A stretch of 62,810 nucleotides of DNA, the filler included, from Rhabdomonas costata (taxonomy: Eukaryota): the NCBI GenBank assembly GCA_019059605.1. It is 34 parts of 34 records of this genome, joined end to end, with 100 filler letters (N's around TTAATTAATTAA, not from the genome) between each part and the next. Parts side by side here need not be neighbours in the genome. Positions count along the whole stretch, not along the records: positions 48,122 to 49,871 come from JAHMHO010009614.1; positions 49,972 to 51,721 come from JAHMHO010009615.1; positions 51,822 to 53,565 come from JAHMHO010009616.1; positions 53,666 to 55,412 come from JAHMHO010009617.1; positions 55,513 to 57,261 come from JAHMHO010009618.1; positions 57,362 to 59,111 come from JAHMHO010009619.1; positions 59,212 to 60,960 come from JAHMHO010009620.1; 27 more parts are not named here. The stretch is one strand, 5' to 3'. Shown one piece after another: positions 49,573-61,060 of the stretch; the first letter of the stretch is position 1; every line of letters begins with the position of its first letter. Under the pieces are notes generated by a model. It had not been told where the DNA came from. It saw only the letters and a program-made list of their open reading frames with translations, and searched no databases. A program made the position numbers and the translations under genes.

Positions 49573-52012
49573 GTGGACAAGGCGAGTCAAGGTTATGCAA
49601 AGATGGAAGTTTTGTAGAGACTGGCGACGTTGAGGTTCAATGGACCCTGTGTGCACCTTAATGATGGCAGCAGCATGTGATCAAGAGGATTGGTGGTCCG
49701 ACTACTGGCTTGACCCAGTAGTGTGGAAGAGGTATTTCAACTTGACCACTGCTAATGTTTTGTACCCTACAAAGTGGCACCATGGAAGAATTTGTGAGCT
49801 GTGGATTTAGATGTGATTTCGCGGTACCACAATTTTCCCGCATCGGGGCATTGTGGTACCGCAAAACCACANNNNNNNNNNNNNNNNNNNNNNNNNNNNN
49901 NNNNNNNNNNNNNNNTTAATTAATTAANNNNNNNNNNNNNNNNNNNNNNNNNNNNNNNNNNNNNNNNNNNNGGTGTGGGGGTTTTGGACAACGGATTTGC
50001 ATGTATGCCGTGGTCTGAGTGTTAAGCTACAGCTGCGGCGCCTGGAAACGTGCCCATTTGACGCAATGTTTGGTTCTTTTCAGAAACCCGCTTGCACAAC
50101 TGATGGCGAAGCCTCGTTGGGTTCGAGAAAAGACCACTTGTAGCGGCGCACCACCCGCTCCGTTCCGTCTCGTGTGTTGATGTATTCGAAATTTGTACCG
50201 CAAATAATTCCACATTCTCATTACGAACGCATTGAACTCAGTCGCCTGGTCCAAAACATTCGCGGCCCAATTGGCCGCTTACCTTTCTCATTCGTTGCTC
50301 CTTCAGAGTCTGCCCAGAGTCAGTCATCGCACGTTGCACCTCGGCTTCTCAGCACTTCCCGAATCCCGCGCTAAGCATTTCCGGACCTTAGCTTCAAATT
50401 TCATCCCTTTAGCAAACCCTTCGCGTCGATGACGCGGCTTTCACGGTGTAGCTGTAATGCTCAGCTTTCGGCACGACACCACAGAACCCGAGCATTTCTG
50501 AAAATGGCCAGAAAATACCAATACTAACCGAATGCCCACCCCCGTATATACCAGTAGGGCTCACCGTCGGCACCAAGGAGCAAATGCAAGAACGACACTT
50601 GCTCACAAGCATGCGCGAGAAGAATTCTGCGAAAGATGAAAATAACACATCACACCCATATATGAATGTGGCGTTCCGCGGGTGACAGGAACACCGATGC
50701 TATTCAGCGACTCAACCCAACAAAACCAAAAACCCAGCATATCATGGGTAATATGAGTTGAGAGGTGATGACAGAGCATGACTCTCGATCGGATATCAAG
50801 GACAAAGGACACCACCGTGTCCCATTACTAGAATGTGTCAGTAGCTACACAGGCGCCAACAAAGCGGAACCCTCATCATCGAGAACACCAACCACTCCCA
50901 ATGAGTACCCTTTTGCAGAATTTATCACAGTCCAAATCTGCAAATAAAAAACCATGCGAAAGTCCTCCTCCGCCTGTCCAACAACAACAGGTGCCGAAAC
51001 CAGTGGAAACTTATTTTTTAATTTCAAAAAGAATAATAAAAACACGTACACCGTCAACCCCAAACCTCGTACTATTCAGCTCCAGACAGGACTTGAGCGA
51101 ATGAAAATAGTCCGACAAAAATTTCAAATTTTTTCATATTATTTCCACCTAAATAGAAGACAAATGTGAAACATTCTCCTCAATAACCACTTTTCTTGAG
51201 GACCACGCAGGGGATGTGCACAGCACTATTTTTCAGAACGCTGTCGCCGAGCTATACACAGAAACTGAAGAAGGAAATGCTCACACGGGCAGCTATATCC
51301 CGCTAAGGCGAGCGGTGTCTGCCACACATAATAGACAGAATACGCCGCAGCCCCGAAACACAAAAAGCTGTACAGCCACAAAACTTTGTTTACGCGCACA
51401 ACTGTGTGGAGTGCTCGCGTGTACAACGCAAGGGGAACGAACGGAAAGTGGTGCGTGGGGGAACCGAAACACAGACAGGCGGGGGACGGGGTGAGCGAAG
51501 GCCCTTCCCTATTGTCCGCCTTTTGATAAAGGCTCCGCTCCCCACTGAGGCGCAACATGGGGGAAGGTGCTTGTCTTGTGAAATGGCTAAAACAAAAACC
51601 GCGGCAACTCGCCGATCTGTACATGGACCTCCCACCGCCCGCAGCGTCACACAAATCAATCCCAAGCAACGCAACAGAACATCACCGATGCGATGAAAAA
51701 AACAAACGAAGAAACACAAACNNNNNNNNNNNNNNNNNNNNNNNNNNNNNNNNNNNNNNNNNNNNTTAATTAATTAANNNNNNNNNNNNNNNNNNNNNNN
51801 NNNNNNNNNNNNNNNNNNNNNTTTTTGTTGGAAGGGGGTTGTTTTTGTGTTTCATATTGCTTTTTCACCACTATTCGACACACTGTGCCCAAACACGTTC
51901 ACAGAGCCGTCAGTGCAGTTGAAGCAACTCACGGACAGAAAAAAAGCACAGAAAGTGGTGGCCTTCCCACAGGTTGCGGTGCAAATTCTGTTCAGGTTTA
52001 AGGGTTGCATTC

Positions 52013-52130
52013 GCCGTTAATGTCCGAAAGTAATATGTGGCACCCAGGCCAAGAGTCGCGGGTTCAACTCCGACACTCCCCAAATCACCTCGTCATGGGA
52101 ATGTCCGAGGTGGGATTCGAATCCAGGGAG
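52013..52130. other. Two convergent tRNA-derived fragments (SINE/pseudo-tRNA)
   Basis: Plus-strand B-box GGTTCAACTCC at ~52061; minus-strand GGATTCGAATCCCACCTCGGACA at ~52102-52124, like a tRNA T-arm/acceptor 3' half; no full cloverleaf. Confidence 0.35.
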
Positions 52131-52732
52131 CCCCATTACTAAGATTGTAATTAATATGTTGTACTTAATACTGAAATTGTACTTAATATGGACGATGCTG
52201 ACGGAATTCGCGTAAAGCGTCTCTATTTTAAACCTGGGGGGTGTTCACGCTAAAGACACATGCAGGAGTCCCTTTCCAAACCCAAATAATAAGGTTGACT
52301 TCGGGGCAGACTTCAGGGCAAACAGGTAAGCACACAGCAGTCGAAGCACCCTACGCCGTCACGCAATGTACCAGTCGTGAGGGAGACACCCCGATTACCT
52401 CCGAAATGGAGGAATGGGAGTGGGCCCCTCAGAACAACAACAACAAAAGCAGCAGCAGCAGCGGCAACCCCAAGAAGAAAGAGTAAGAGGGGTACACTCA
52501 GGTAAGCTACCAACCGTCGCATTAATACCCGACTGTTGGGCGGCTGGGTGGTTGGTTGGGGCACGGAACTTCACATCGTATAGAGGTGGGCACAGATGGA
52601 GTAGTGGGGGTTCTTTCTTTTCAAGGAAGACAGGAACCCCCGTCCACGCCACCGCACGACCACCGCCATGAACAGAAACGAGGTAAGGCAGTGGCAAGCC
52701 GAGCGCAGCCAGCAGCAACACGGGGGGCGAGG

Positions 52733-53004
52733 TTAGAACATCTTCCGCCAGATATTGTCCGGGATGCAGTTGACCAGGGGTCGGATCAGCTTCCAGGGGT
52801 ACGGCGGGAGGATCGCCGAGGGCACCCGCTGCTCAATCGCGTCGGCGATCTGCGGCGCGACCTTCTCCAGGGGCGCCAGGAAGGGGTACTTCTCCATGTT
52901 GTCCATCAGCTCCGTCTTCACGAAGCCCACGTACAGCACCCCCACAGTGATGCCCTTGGGCGCCAGCTCGACCTGGGCCGAGGTGAGGTAGTTCGTGAAC
53001 CCGG
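52733..53004 (-). CDS. Short-chain dehydrogenase/reductase, last exon
   Basis: AGFTNYLTSAQVELAPKGITVGVLYVGFVKTELM...AIEQR...PWKLI...IP..IW*; acceptor ccccacag. Confidence 0.85.
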
Positions 53005-53919
53005 CTGTGGGGGACGGAGAAGCCAGGTGGGGGGCGAGTCATCCACCGTATTCCAGAAAGTGCCCCCACATAAAAACATAAAACATTAAGCAGGGCTGCA
53101 CTGCACACAGACTTGCATTTTGTTTGAAGACAGACAATTACTGCACTGCACTTTGTGAAGTTTCATCGCATTGAATTTTGAATGGAATTGGAATAAAATT
53201 GAATCGGAATTGAATTTGACTTGATTTTTTCCTTGATTTTTTTTTTTGCTACGATCATGACATTGAACTCTGAACTGTTGACATTGAATCGAATTGATCG
53301 GTGTAACCCCGCCAAAATGCCCCCTGACCTCTCGAAAGGACTGGAAAGCAACATCCTTCACGAGGAAAACCAAGGGAGCAGTCAACGGTCAAGGGGGCAG
53401 CAGTCACACGAAGGAAAGACAGGAAACAGAACAGTGCCAAGGGTGCGCATGACGCCTCGAAAACGTGCCCAAGCACAGTTGACACGCGCACCACGTGCAC
53501 AACCCAGTTGACAGTTGCTGTGTGCTGAAGCCCCAGCTGGGGAGCACTTTGTCTTGGAGAAAGTCNNNNNNNNNNNNNNNNNNNNNNNNNNNNNNNNNNN
53601 NNNNNNNNNTTAATTAATTAANNNNNNNNNNNNNNNNNNNNNNNNNNNNNNNNNNNNNNNNNNNNGGGTTACTTCTTTGTCCTGGTTACAATTTTCCTCC
53701 CTCTCCCTCCCACTTCCCGCACTTATCCCGTTTTTTTTTGCCGCACGCTTGCCCGCTCAGTTGAACAATCCCATGGACGTGGTTGCTCAGTGTGGTCGCT
53801 TCTCTTTCAAAAAAAAAAAAACAGAGAGCCCTGAGGCTCAAAGTGGTCACGGATTTCCGCCCCGAGGTGGTGCACTAACCCTCCTCTTCAAAGGCAGAGA
53901 GTGAGAGAGAGAGGCGCAC

Positions 53920-55032
53920 CTTGGAACCGCATTTCCGGATAGCGTACATCAATGGATATACATCATCCTTGTCACGAACATCCAGTTTCGCCTTCAACTC
54001 CAGCAGCTTTGCGAACATTTCGACGCGATCGTACTCAATGGCAAACATCAAAGGGGTCTTCATGTCTTTGTCGCGGCCCTCAATGTCCGCCTTCGCTTGC
54101 AGCAGCCTCTCAAAGATCTCCAGGAAGCCACCGATAATGGCGTAAATCAGGGGCGTCTTTCCAGTCTCGTCTGCCAGATTGACGTCTGGGGATGTCCTGC
54201 CCAGAAGGTTCTCAAGCACCTCCACGACGCCCTTCTCGACGGCAGAGATGATCGGGGTGTGGCCATGGGCATCTTGGACGTTTGGGTCAATTGGGCAGCT
54301 GAGGAGCCGTAGCACTCCACCCTGGTCGCGGTTGCGGAGCATCGTGCTCAGGGTCCTGCCATTGCACTGGGCCTGGTCCTGAACCCAACTGAGGGCATCC
54401 TGTTCCTTGGCCTCGTCCAGCTCAAACACCTTCCATTTTGCAAACCGCGACGGATCAAAAAGAGGAAATGGGAAATGCACACAACTTCTTTTCTGGAATT
54501 TTCCTGTCCATGCCGCCTGCCTACAGCACGGCTTTTACCCTTTTCACCTCATCCCAACAGCAGCCCCCCGCCCCAACCACACACACACACTCCCCCCACT
54601 TTCGCTTTAAGGCCGTGCGCGAAAATACACAAGTGTTGTGCATTTTACTTCCAAGCAGCACCTTTGCGGTGCCTGCGGATACTGTGCTGCCCAGTGGTTT
54701 GTGACGGTTGTCCTACCGCGATGAAAGAAAATTTGGGAGCGAAGCGACGAAACTGTGCTTTTTGTCCCCAGTGTTGCGCCAAGCACTGAGCCGGAATTCT
54801 TTCGCTACGTTCAGCGCTGTACTCCGGTCCCGGCGGTCGGACTGTGGCTCCCCCCGCCTTCCGCTGTGAATGTTCAAGAGTGCAGAGAGGTGCGGGCTTC
54901 GGAAACACATACAACGACACAGACCTCGACGCTGTCCAAGTTGCGGTGCAGTTGGCTTTCCAGGAACTTCTTGCTTGCATGGCCCAGTTGCTGAACCACC
55001 TTGAACCAGGTGTTAAAGCGGAACAGTACCTC
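53920..55032 (-). CDS. Ankyrin-repeat protein, two exons
   Basis: Exon 54925-55032 and exon 53920-54429 with four repeats (GHTPIISA, GKTPLIYA, MKTPLMFA, VYPLMYA). Confidence 0.9.
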
Positions 55033-55930
55033 CTGCAGGCAGAAAGAGACCCAGAGATGATTCGTCACGCGCACGCCAAAAGGATTATTACGTGAGCGTT
55101 TATCAGCACACCAAAACAAGCACGCCAACCGCACCTCGTTTGGTGCACAGAGATCGGGGGGTGGGGTGGTGACTGGAATGCCCTCTTGCTTGGTGGTTTG
55201 ACTCTGCGTCCCGGATTCCGCGGTGTGGATGCCGTCTTTGGATGCATTCCACGAGTTTGGCTGGTTGGCTGTTGAGCTTCTACCCATTCCGAGCAGGTGG
55301 ATAGTCGCCAACTCCGTCACTGCCTCTATTCAGTTCGGCGATTCACTGCGTGCGCTGCAGTGCGGCTTCCTGTGCAACTGGCCGCTGCGTCCTGTTCTGC
55401 TACCACAAACACNNNNNNNNNNNNNNNNNNNNNNNNNNNNNNNNNNNNNNNNNNNNTTAATTAATTAANNNNNNNNNNNNNNNNNNNNNNNNNNNNNNNN
55501 NNNNNNNNNNNNGTGGGGTTTTGGCCCAAGATTCTAGGTGCTTTCATTTTTGGATATGCATGTGTGAATTACAGCGGGTTGGGGGGGGGGTGCAGTAAAG
55601 GGCCCAGGTCTCCTACCTTTGTTTTTGCAACTGAAAAACATTACAGCCGATCTCAGCTCGATCCCTGACTTCTTCCTTCTCAGCTCCCACAGTTTCTAAA
55701 ATAGGAGCTTCTCCAACTCTCCCTGCACACAACAAAGAAAACATGGGTGTAAACGTATCTGAGGGCTCGGCCGGAAGGATCACTCTTGTGGTTACTCTCA
55801 ACACCCGCACTTAAATCTGCTATGGGAGGCACTTGGCTCACTGGAAATGGACCAGAACCATAGTAATGGTTCTGTCTGTTCTTTGCGTGACATCTGCTTG
55901 GACGGACGAAGAGCTTTTTTCTCCTTTCAG

Positions 55931-56619
55931 CAATGGTTTCGAGACCCCTCGCGGCAGCTCGGGAACCCCAACAACGTTGCTGTTCTGAGCCCAGACGACC
56001 GCCTAGTGCTCAGCGATGCCGTGCTGTGGGACGTCCGAGTGGGCACCCGCCCCATCCACAGGGTAGCTCCACACGCAGCCACTTACAGACATACACACGC
56101 ACGCCTTTTAAATCGGTTTTGATCCAGTCGCGTCTCTGCAATGGAAAAGCGCTCACCTCAGAAAGGGCGTGCCCATGAACGCGCCTGCGTGGCATTGTAA
56201 ACGGCCATAGCTCTCTAAGACTTTTGGATGCGGTTTTGGTTTTCACGGAGGTCTTCTTTTTGGCTCTCCTTTCTCTGGAAATCATGTGGGCGCTCAGTTT
56301 GACCTGCTGCACATGCACGGCTGTGGGAGCTTTCATCCCTCGGGCAATGAGGTCATCATTGACCGTGAGGTGTGGGACATCCGCAGCTTCCGGCTGCTGC
56401 TGACCTGCCCCGCCCTCCACAACGCCGCCGTGGCGGTAAGCCCGGCCCGCACTATCCTGTACGCTGTGGCGAATGCCCGGCACCCCGAGAGCTTCGTGGA
56501 TGACGCCGAGCCCCCGGGGCCGGGGAACTGGTTCAAGGTGGTCGACAGCAGCACCTTTGAGCACCTGCACACCGTGGTGTGCGACCACGAGATCTCGGAC
56601 TTCGCCGTGGACCCCGCGG
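55931..56619 (+). CDS. DCAF1: DCAF1/VprBP WD40 region (CUL4-DDB1 substrate receptor), two exons
   Basis: Exons 55931-56062 (SPDDRLVLSDAVLWDVR...IHR) and 56298-56619 (FD...FHPSGNEVIIDREVWDIRSFRLL..PAL); both WDxR motifs present. Confidence 0.88.
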
Positions 56620-57361
56620 GTGCGCTGCCACAGAATGCGAATAAGAGAGAGAAACGGGGGAGACACCCTCTGTATTGACCTCTGGCCCCCTGCGAAGTTT
56701 GCATCCTTCCGCCCCAGCTCGGGGTCATCATTCCCACATCCTCAACTCAAAGAGGGAATGGGAATTGGGTCATTTGGGTCATTTACGTTTCCCAAAAACC
56801 ATGAAAATACACATCATGAGAAGTGGCCAGGAAGCGGGAAGCGGGAAAATATCGAAAGCAAACTGGAGGCAGAAACGAATTCCTCCACTGCAGTGCGTGT
56901 GACGTTTTTTTTTGTATTCACCTCGTGATCACTAAATTTGGCGTAGTCACTCGATGGAGACAAGAAACGGCTTGCATTGCCATGAACTAGCACAATGCTC
57001 CAGTGGAATTTTTCATGCACCCCTTTTGTTATTTTGTAACACACTACCCACCAGGAATTTTTTTGTCCCGTCCCGAGCCCACTATTCTCTATCTGTCACG
57101 TCGGCTGACACGTCTGAGATTGATTTTATGCAAAAGATAGGAATGTACATCTGATAAATGCATACACTCTCTTCCGAGCGTGCCAAAAAACCGAAAACCC
57201 GTTTGCAAAATGTCTCGACTATCACTTTCCCAGAATCGATTTCCGGGTTCGGGGACGGCCCNNNNNNNNNNNNNNNNNNNNNNNNNNNNNNNNNNNNNNN
57301 NNNNNTTAATTAATTAANNNNNNNNNNNNNNNNNNNNNNNNNNNNNNNNNNNNNNNNNNNN

Positions 57362-58390
57362 TAGAGGTGTCACAACCCCGTAAACCCTTCGTCTGTGTAG
57401 TGGTGGTGGTAGTAGTAGCATGGTGTCACATCGTCGCTTCTCACCTGGGTGGTGTCATGGCATCCTCTCTCCTTGGCATCGGTTGTACCCTACCGTGTGA
57501 GTCCAGTGACTGAGAGTGGATGTTGTGATGCCATTGGTGGTCAAGGCGTGACATCCATGGTCGTGTTAGGCTGACCGGGTGATGCGTTGACCCTGCTGTG
57601 GGAGTTACGCGAAGTGGAGGGCGCCGAGCCCGACATGCCACGTTCCCTTCCCCTCACGTTGTCATCCTCACCTCAATGCCTTCCCTACCCATGCTGTTAT
57701 GTCTTGCTCTGTGTCAAGGGCGCATCTCACCCAACCTACCTTCGAGTGTGAAAGTGGTGAAGTGGTGATGGTGCCATGAGGTCAAGACATCAGGCCAATA
57801 CCTGCATGTTCCTACCCTTATGCGTACCTCTACCCTCCCCCTGCATTCCCGAGGCAAGGGTGTGAGATGCTGGCATTCCTGACGCTCCTTCTGATGCAGT
57901 GTAAGGGTAACGCTGATGCAGTGCGTAGGAAGGGTGTGTAGGATGGGTGCCAGGTGAAAGGTGAAAAGTGGGACGTCAGAATTCCACCGCTAACCCAACA
58001 CCGAACCCACCAACATGAAGTGCATTGAGAGTGCATGATGTTGGATGCCAAGGCGTAGAGTGAAGGGCTCCGCAGGAACAGAGGGTGCGATTCAGTCGTC
58101 ACACTCGACTCTCGCGATGCTCGTGTCTCCTGTTCCTCCATGGTCGACTCTCACACTCGTCGCTGCGCTCCTCCTGTTCGTGTCTCCTGTATTGGTCATG
58201 GTCGTATGCTGGTCGTCGTCACTCACTACGTTCGTTCCTCCTCCTAGTCGACATTCATTCTCACTCGCTACGCTCGTTCGTACTCATGTCTCCCTGGTCG
58301 CTTCGTCATTCTCGCTACGCTCGTATTCCTCGCTCCTACTATCCCCACACACTCTCCCTACGGTCGTGTTCGTGGTGCCCGTACAGTTCT
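57362..58390 (-). mobile_element. Decayed repeat-family element (copy B) with pseudogenised ORF and hairpin array
   Basis: Minus frame GTWHVGLGALHFA*...ITRSA*...HALTTNGI, homologous to copy A; hairpin repeats at 58095-58390. Confidence 0.55.
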
Positions 58391-59211
58391 GACCATCTCG
58401 GGCGGCGAAAGCCAGAGGCAAATACAGATGCATCACAGACGGCTGGGTGGCGGGTGGACTTCGACCCCAGACATACGGCGGTGGAGTCTGAAGGTCAATG
58501 CACACGAATAAAAAATAGCACCAACAGCAGGCAAGTGCCCACCTGGGTGAAGCAGGGGGTGGTGGGAGAACATGTACTCCTCAGAACCTTCACTGCAGAC
58601 ACCGTTCTCACCCGACGTGGTGTGCATAGACCCAGAGACTCTTTCTGTCTCAGAAATCCAAGAAAAAGTCAGAAAGTCAGAGATAAAAAAAATTGCCTTG
58701 ACAATGAACTCATATGTGCAAAAAAAAAACATTACGCAAAAAGCATGACAATGAATCGTTCCAAGTGTCATCCCAAGGAAGATCCCATGTTGGAAGCTTA
58801 CGGGGTCGCTCGAGTGGGGCCTTCCTTAGTGGTTCCCAGAATCATAAAGCAGTATAAGCAGCTGCACAATAAGAAGCTGTCAATGGGGAAAAAAAGAGCG
58901 GCACTGAGGCTGATGGGGCCTCACAAGTTAACGTCGTCTATCCAGCAAAGAAACATGTCCGTTTCTCGTCGGGACCATGTGAAGCAAAATAAGGCAGCTT
59001 GGGAAAGCTTGAATTGCCGCAAATAAACCCTACCACAACCACCGCACAACAACACATTACAAAGCCCCTTGGTGACATCAGCGACACACTGCCAAAGCAG
59101 CAAAAACCACANNNNNNNNNNNNNNNNNNNNNNNNNNNNNNNNNNNNNNNNNNNNTTAATTAATTAANNNNNNNNNNNNNNNNNNNNNNNNNNNNNNNNN
59201 NNNNNNNNNNN

Positions 59212-60960
59212 GGCTGCTTTGGTAACCACCCCAGTATGGGCACCGGGGAAGGACCACCTTCGATGGCCTGTTTCAGCCTGGAGAACACAAAAGACTCGTC
59301 TTTTCTGAGTGCAATCATTATTTCGTTTGGGTTCCCCAGGTGCGGATGACTTCTTTGACGACGGCTTTTGCGGTGTCATTCCCGCACTTAAAAAAAAAAG
59401 AAACAAACCAAATATAAATCTAACCTGAACATATGAACGTACTGAACTAACTGAAACCTGTTCTTCTCTTGCTGTCCGTGTGGAGGCTTTATTGCTGCTC
59501 CAATTCTGAGCATTCAGGATGCAGGGGGAGGGGGGGGGGCGAAATTTTGCAACGGGCCGACGCGAAAAATGCGGTGTACAAATAGGCAAAATCCGAATTG
59601 CGTTTCAAGCCAAAATTCCGCCTGGGGTCGAATTTGTCCTCAACATCCCTATTTTTTCATCATCCCTATCAACATTCCTATTTTTTTCCACCTCAGACAT
59701 GAATAAATGCCAAAATTAGATTCAGCAGAAAAACCGGACATCGAATATGTCAAACAAAAACCTGCAAAAAAAAGTTGCAGAAATACGCATTGGACTTTTC
59801 GTCCCCTCTTCCCTCTTCAAGCGCAAACTCCGCAGAAACCAAAAAGCACAAACCAGAGGAAGTGGGTGGGACCGGCAACCTTGTTCAGAATTACACCGGC
59901 CACGTGCACCTCAGGGTCGAAGGTGACAAAACCGTGCAAAACAGCAGCGGCGCTCCTGTACGTGGTAGGGGGAAATACAGGCTGGGGGGGAGGATGACTC
60001 CACTATTTTACTATTTACTAAACAAACTGACACGAACAAAAACGCACGAATCTTCTCCTCAAAACCTTGCCATTGCACCACAATCAATGATAAGAATAAC
60101 GGGTAACTCCAGCCATTTTGCGATTTCAGCGGTGGAACCAACATCGGAACAGCCGTCTCGTCCGTCGAACAGTCCCATGACACCCTCAACCACAGCCAAT
60201 TCCGGGCGACCAAAACGTAGAGCTCGATAGAAAAGAGACCGTACTGTCGATTTTCCACCTGAAGAAGAAGTGCGCCCTGTGTCGAAGTCAAGGATATTGA
60301 CGACCGAAGGGTTGTGATTACTATCACAAATGCACTTTTTCCGTGCAAGTGTGTAGGTGATGCGTTGGCACACTGCGGTGAAAAACACTGCAACCTATGT
60401 CTAAACTTTGAAGCTCGCCGGACTAAGGCCACTATCCCTTGTTGTCTCCTCTCTCACTCCAACACCGTCCAACGATAGTTGTGCCCAGCTTCTGACGTGC
60501 TCAAACCCACCATCCTTTTGCGAATGTGCTGCCGAAACACCGCCGCTACGAAGCCTTAAAGAAAAAAAAGACAAGACAGCGCCCCCAAAACTACCAGCCA
60601 GAAAGCCATCCAAATTCACCGAAGGAGCACCGCAAGCGAGACTGTGGTGCATTCCATCAATGAAATCAGGTCTAAAGGAAAGAGAGAAGAAGGCAAGAAA
60701 GGAATGCAGCCCGCCAGTGCTGACGGCTCTACGTCGTGCAAATTCAGCCCATACAATGCAAACCCTGTAATTGGGACGACCCACCGACAGCAGGGTGTGA
60801 AGTAGCAAACAAAAACAAGCACCACAAACAGGCACAGGCACAAACACCCCACTTTGAAGGGCTGGACAGAATGTCCCCGGCGGCGGAGTGCTGCCATGAG
60901 TCCCGTGGCAACAGACGTTTTTCCCGAGCCACTGCATGGAGCCGCAAGCAAAACACAGAA
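59212..60960 (-). CDS. cbiA: Cobyrinate/hydrogenobyrinate a,c-diamide synthase (CbiA/CobB family), N-terminal half, five exons
   Basis: Exons 60848-60960, 60595-60671, 60066-60258, 59854-59955, 59212-59277 splice in frame via four GT-AG introns: [56 protein letters not shown]. Confidence 0.93.
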
Positions 60961-61060
60961 NNNNNNNNNNNNNNNNNNNNNNNNNNNNNNNNNNNNNNNN
61001 NNNNTTAATTAATTAANNNNNNNNNNNNNNNNNNNNNNNNNNNNNNNNNNNNNNNNNNNN

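Noticed and set aside
58085-59026. 313-aa ORF
   Set aside because: The first third reads through the hairpin repeat array and the rest has no recognisable domain.
59301-59312. Euglenid spliced-leader sequence (tttctgagtg)
   Set aside because: Only about 10 nt match, on the opposite strand of a cbiA intron, with no continuation.
59212-60960. cbiA as a bacterial contaminant
   Set aside because: Four phase-consistent spliceosomal introns interrupt conserved motifs.
1759-61060. Gene clusters across contigs and ORFs ending in X-runs or LIN
   Set aside because: Products of the artificial spacers; contigs appear ordered by length, not position.
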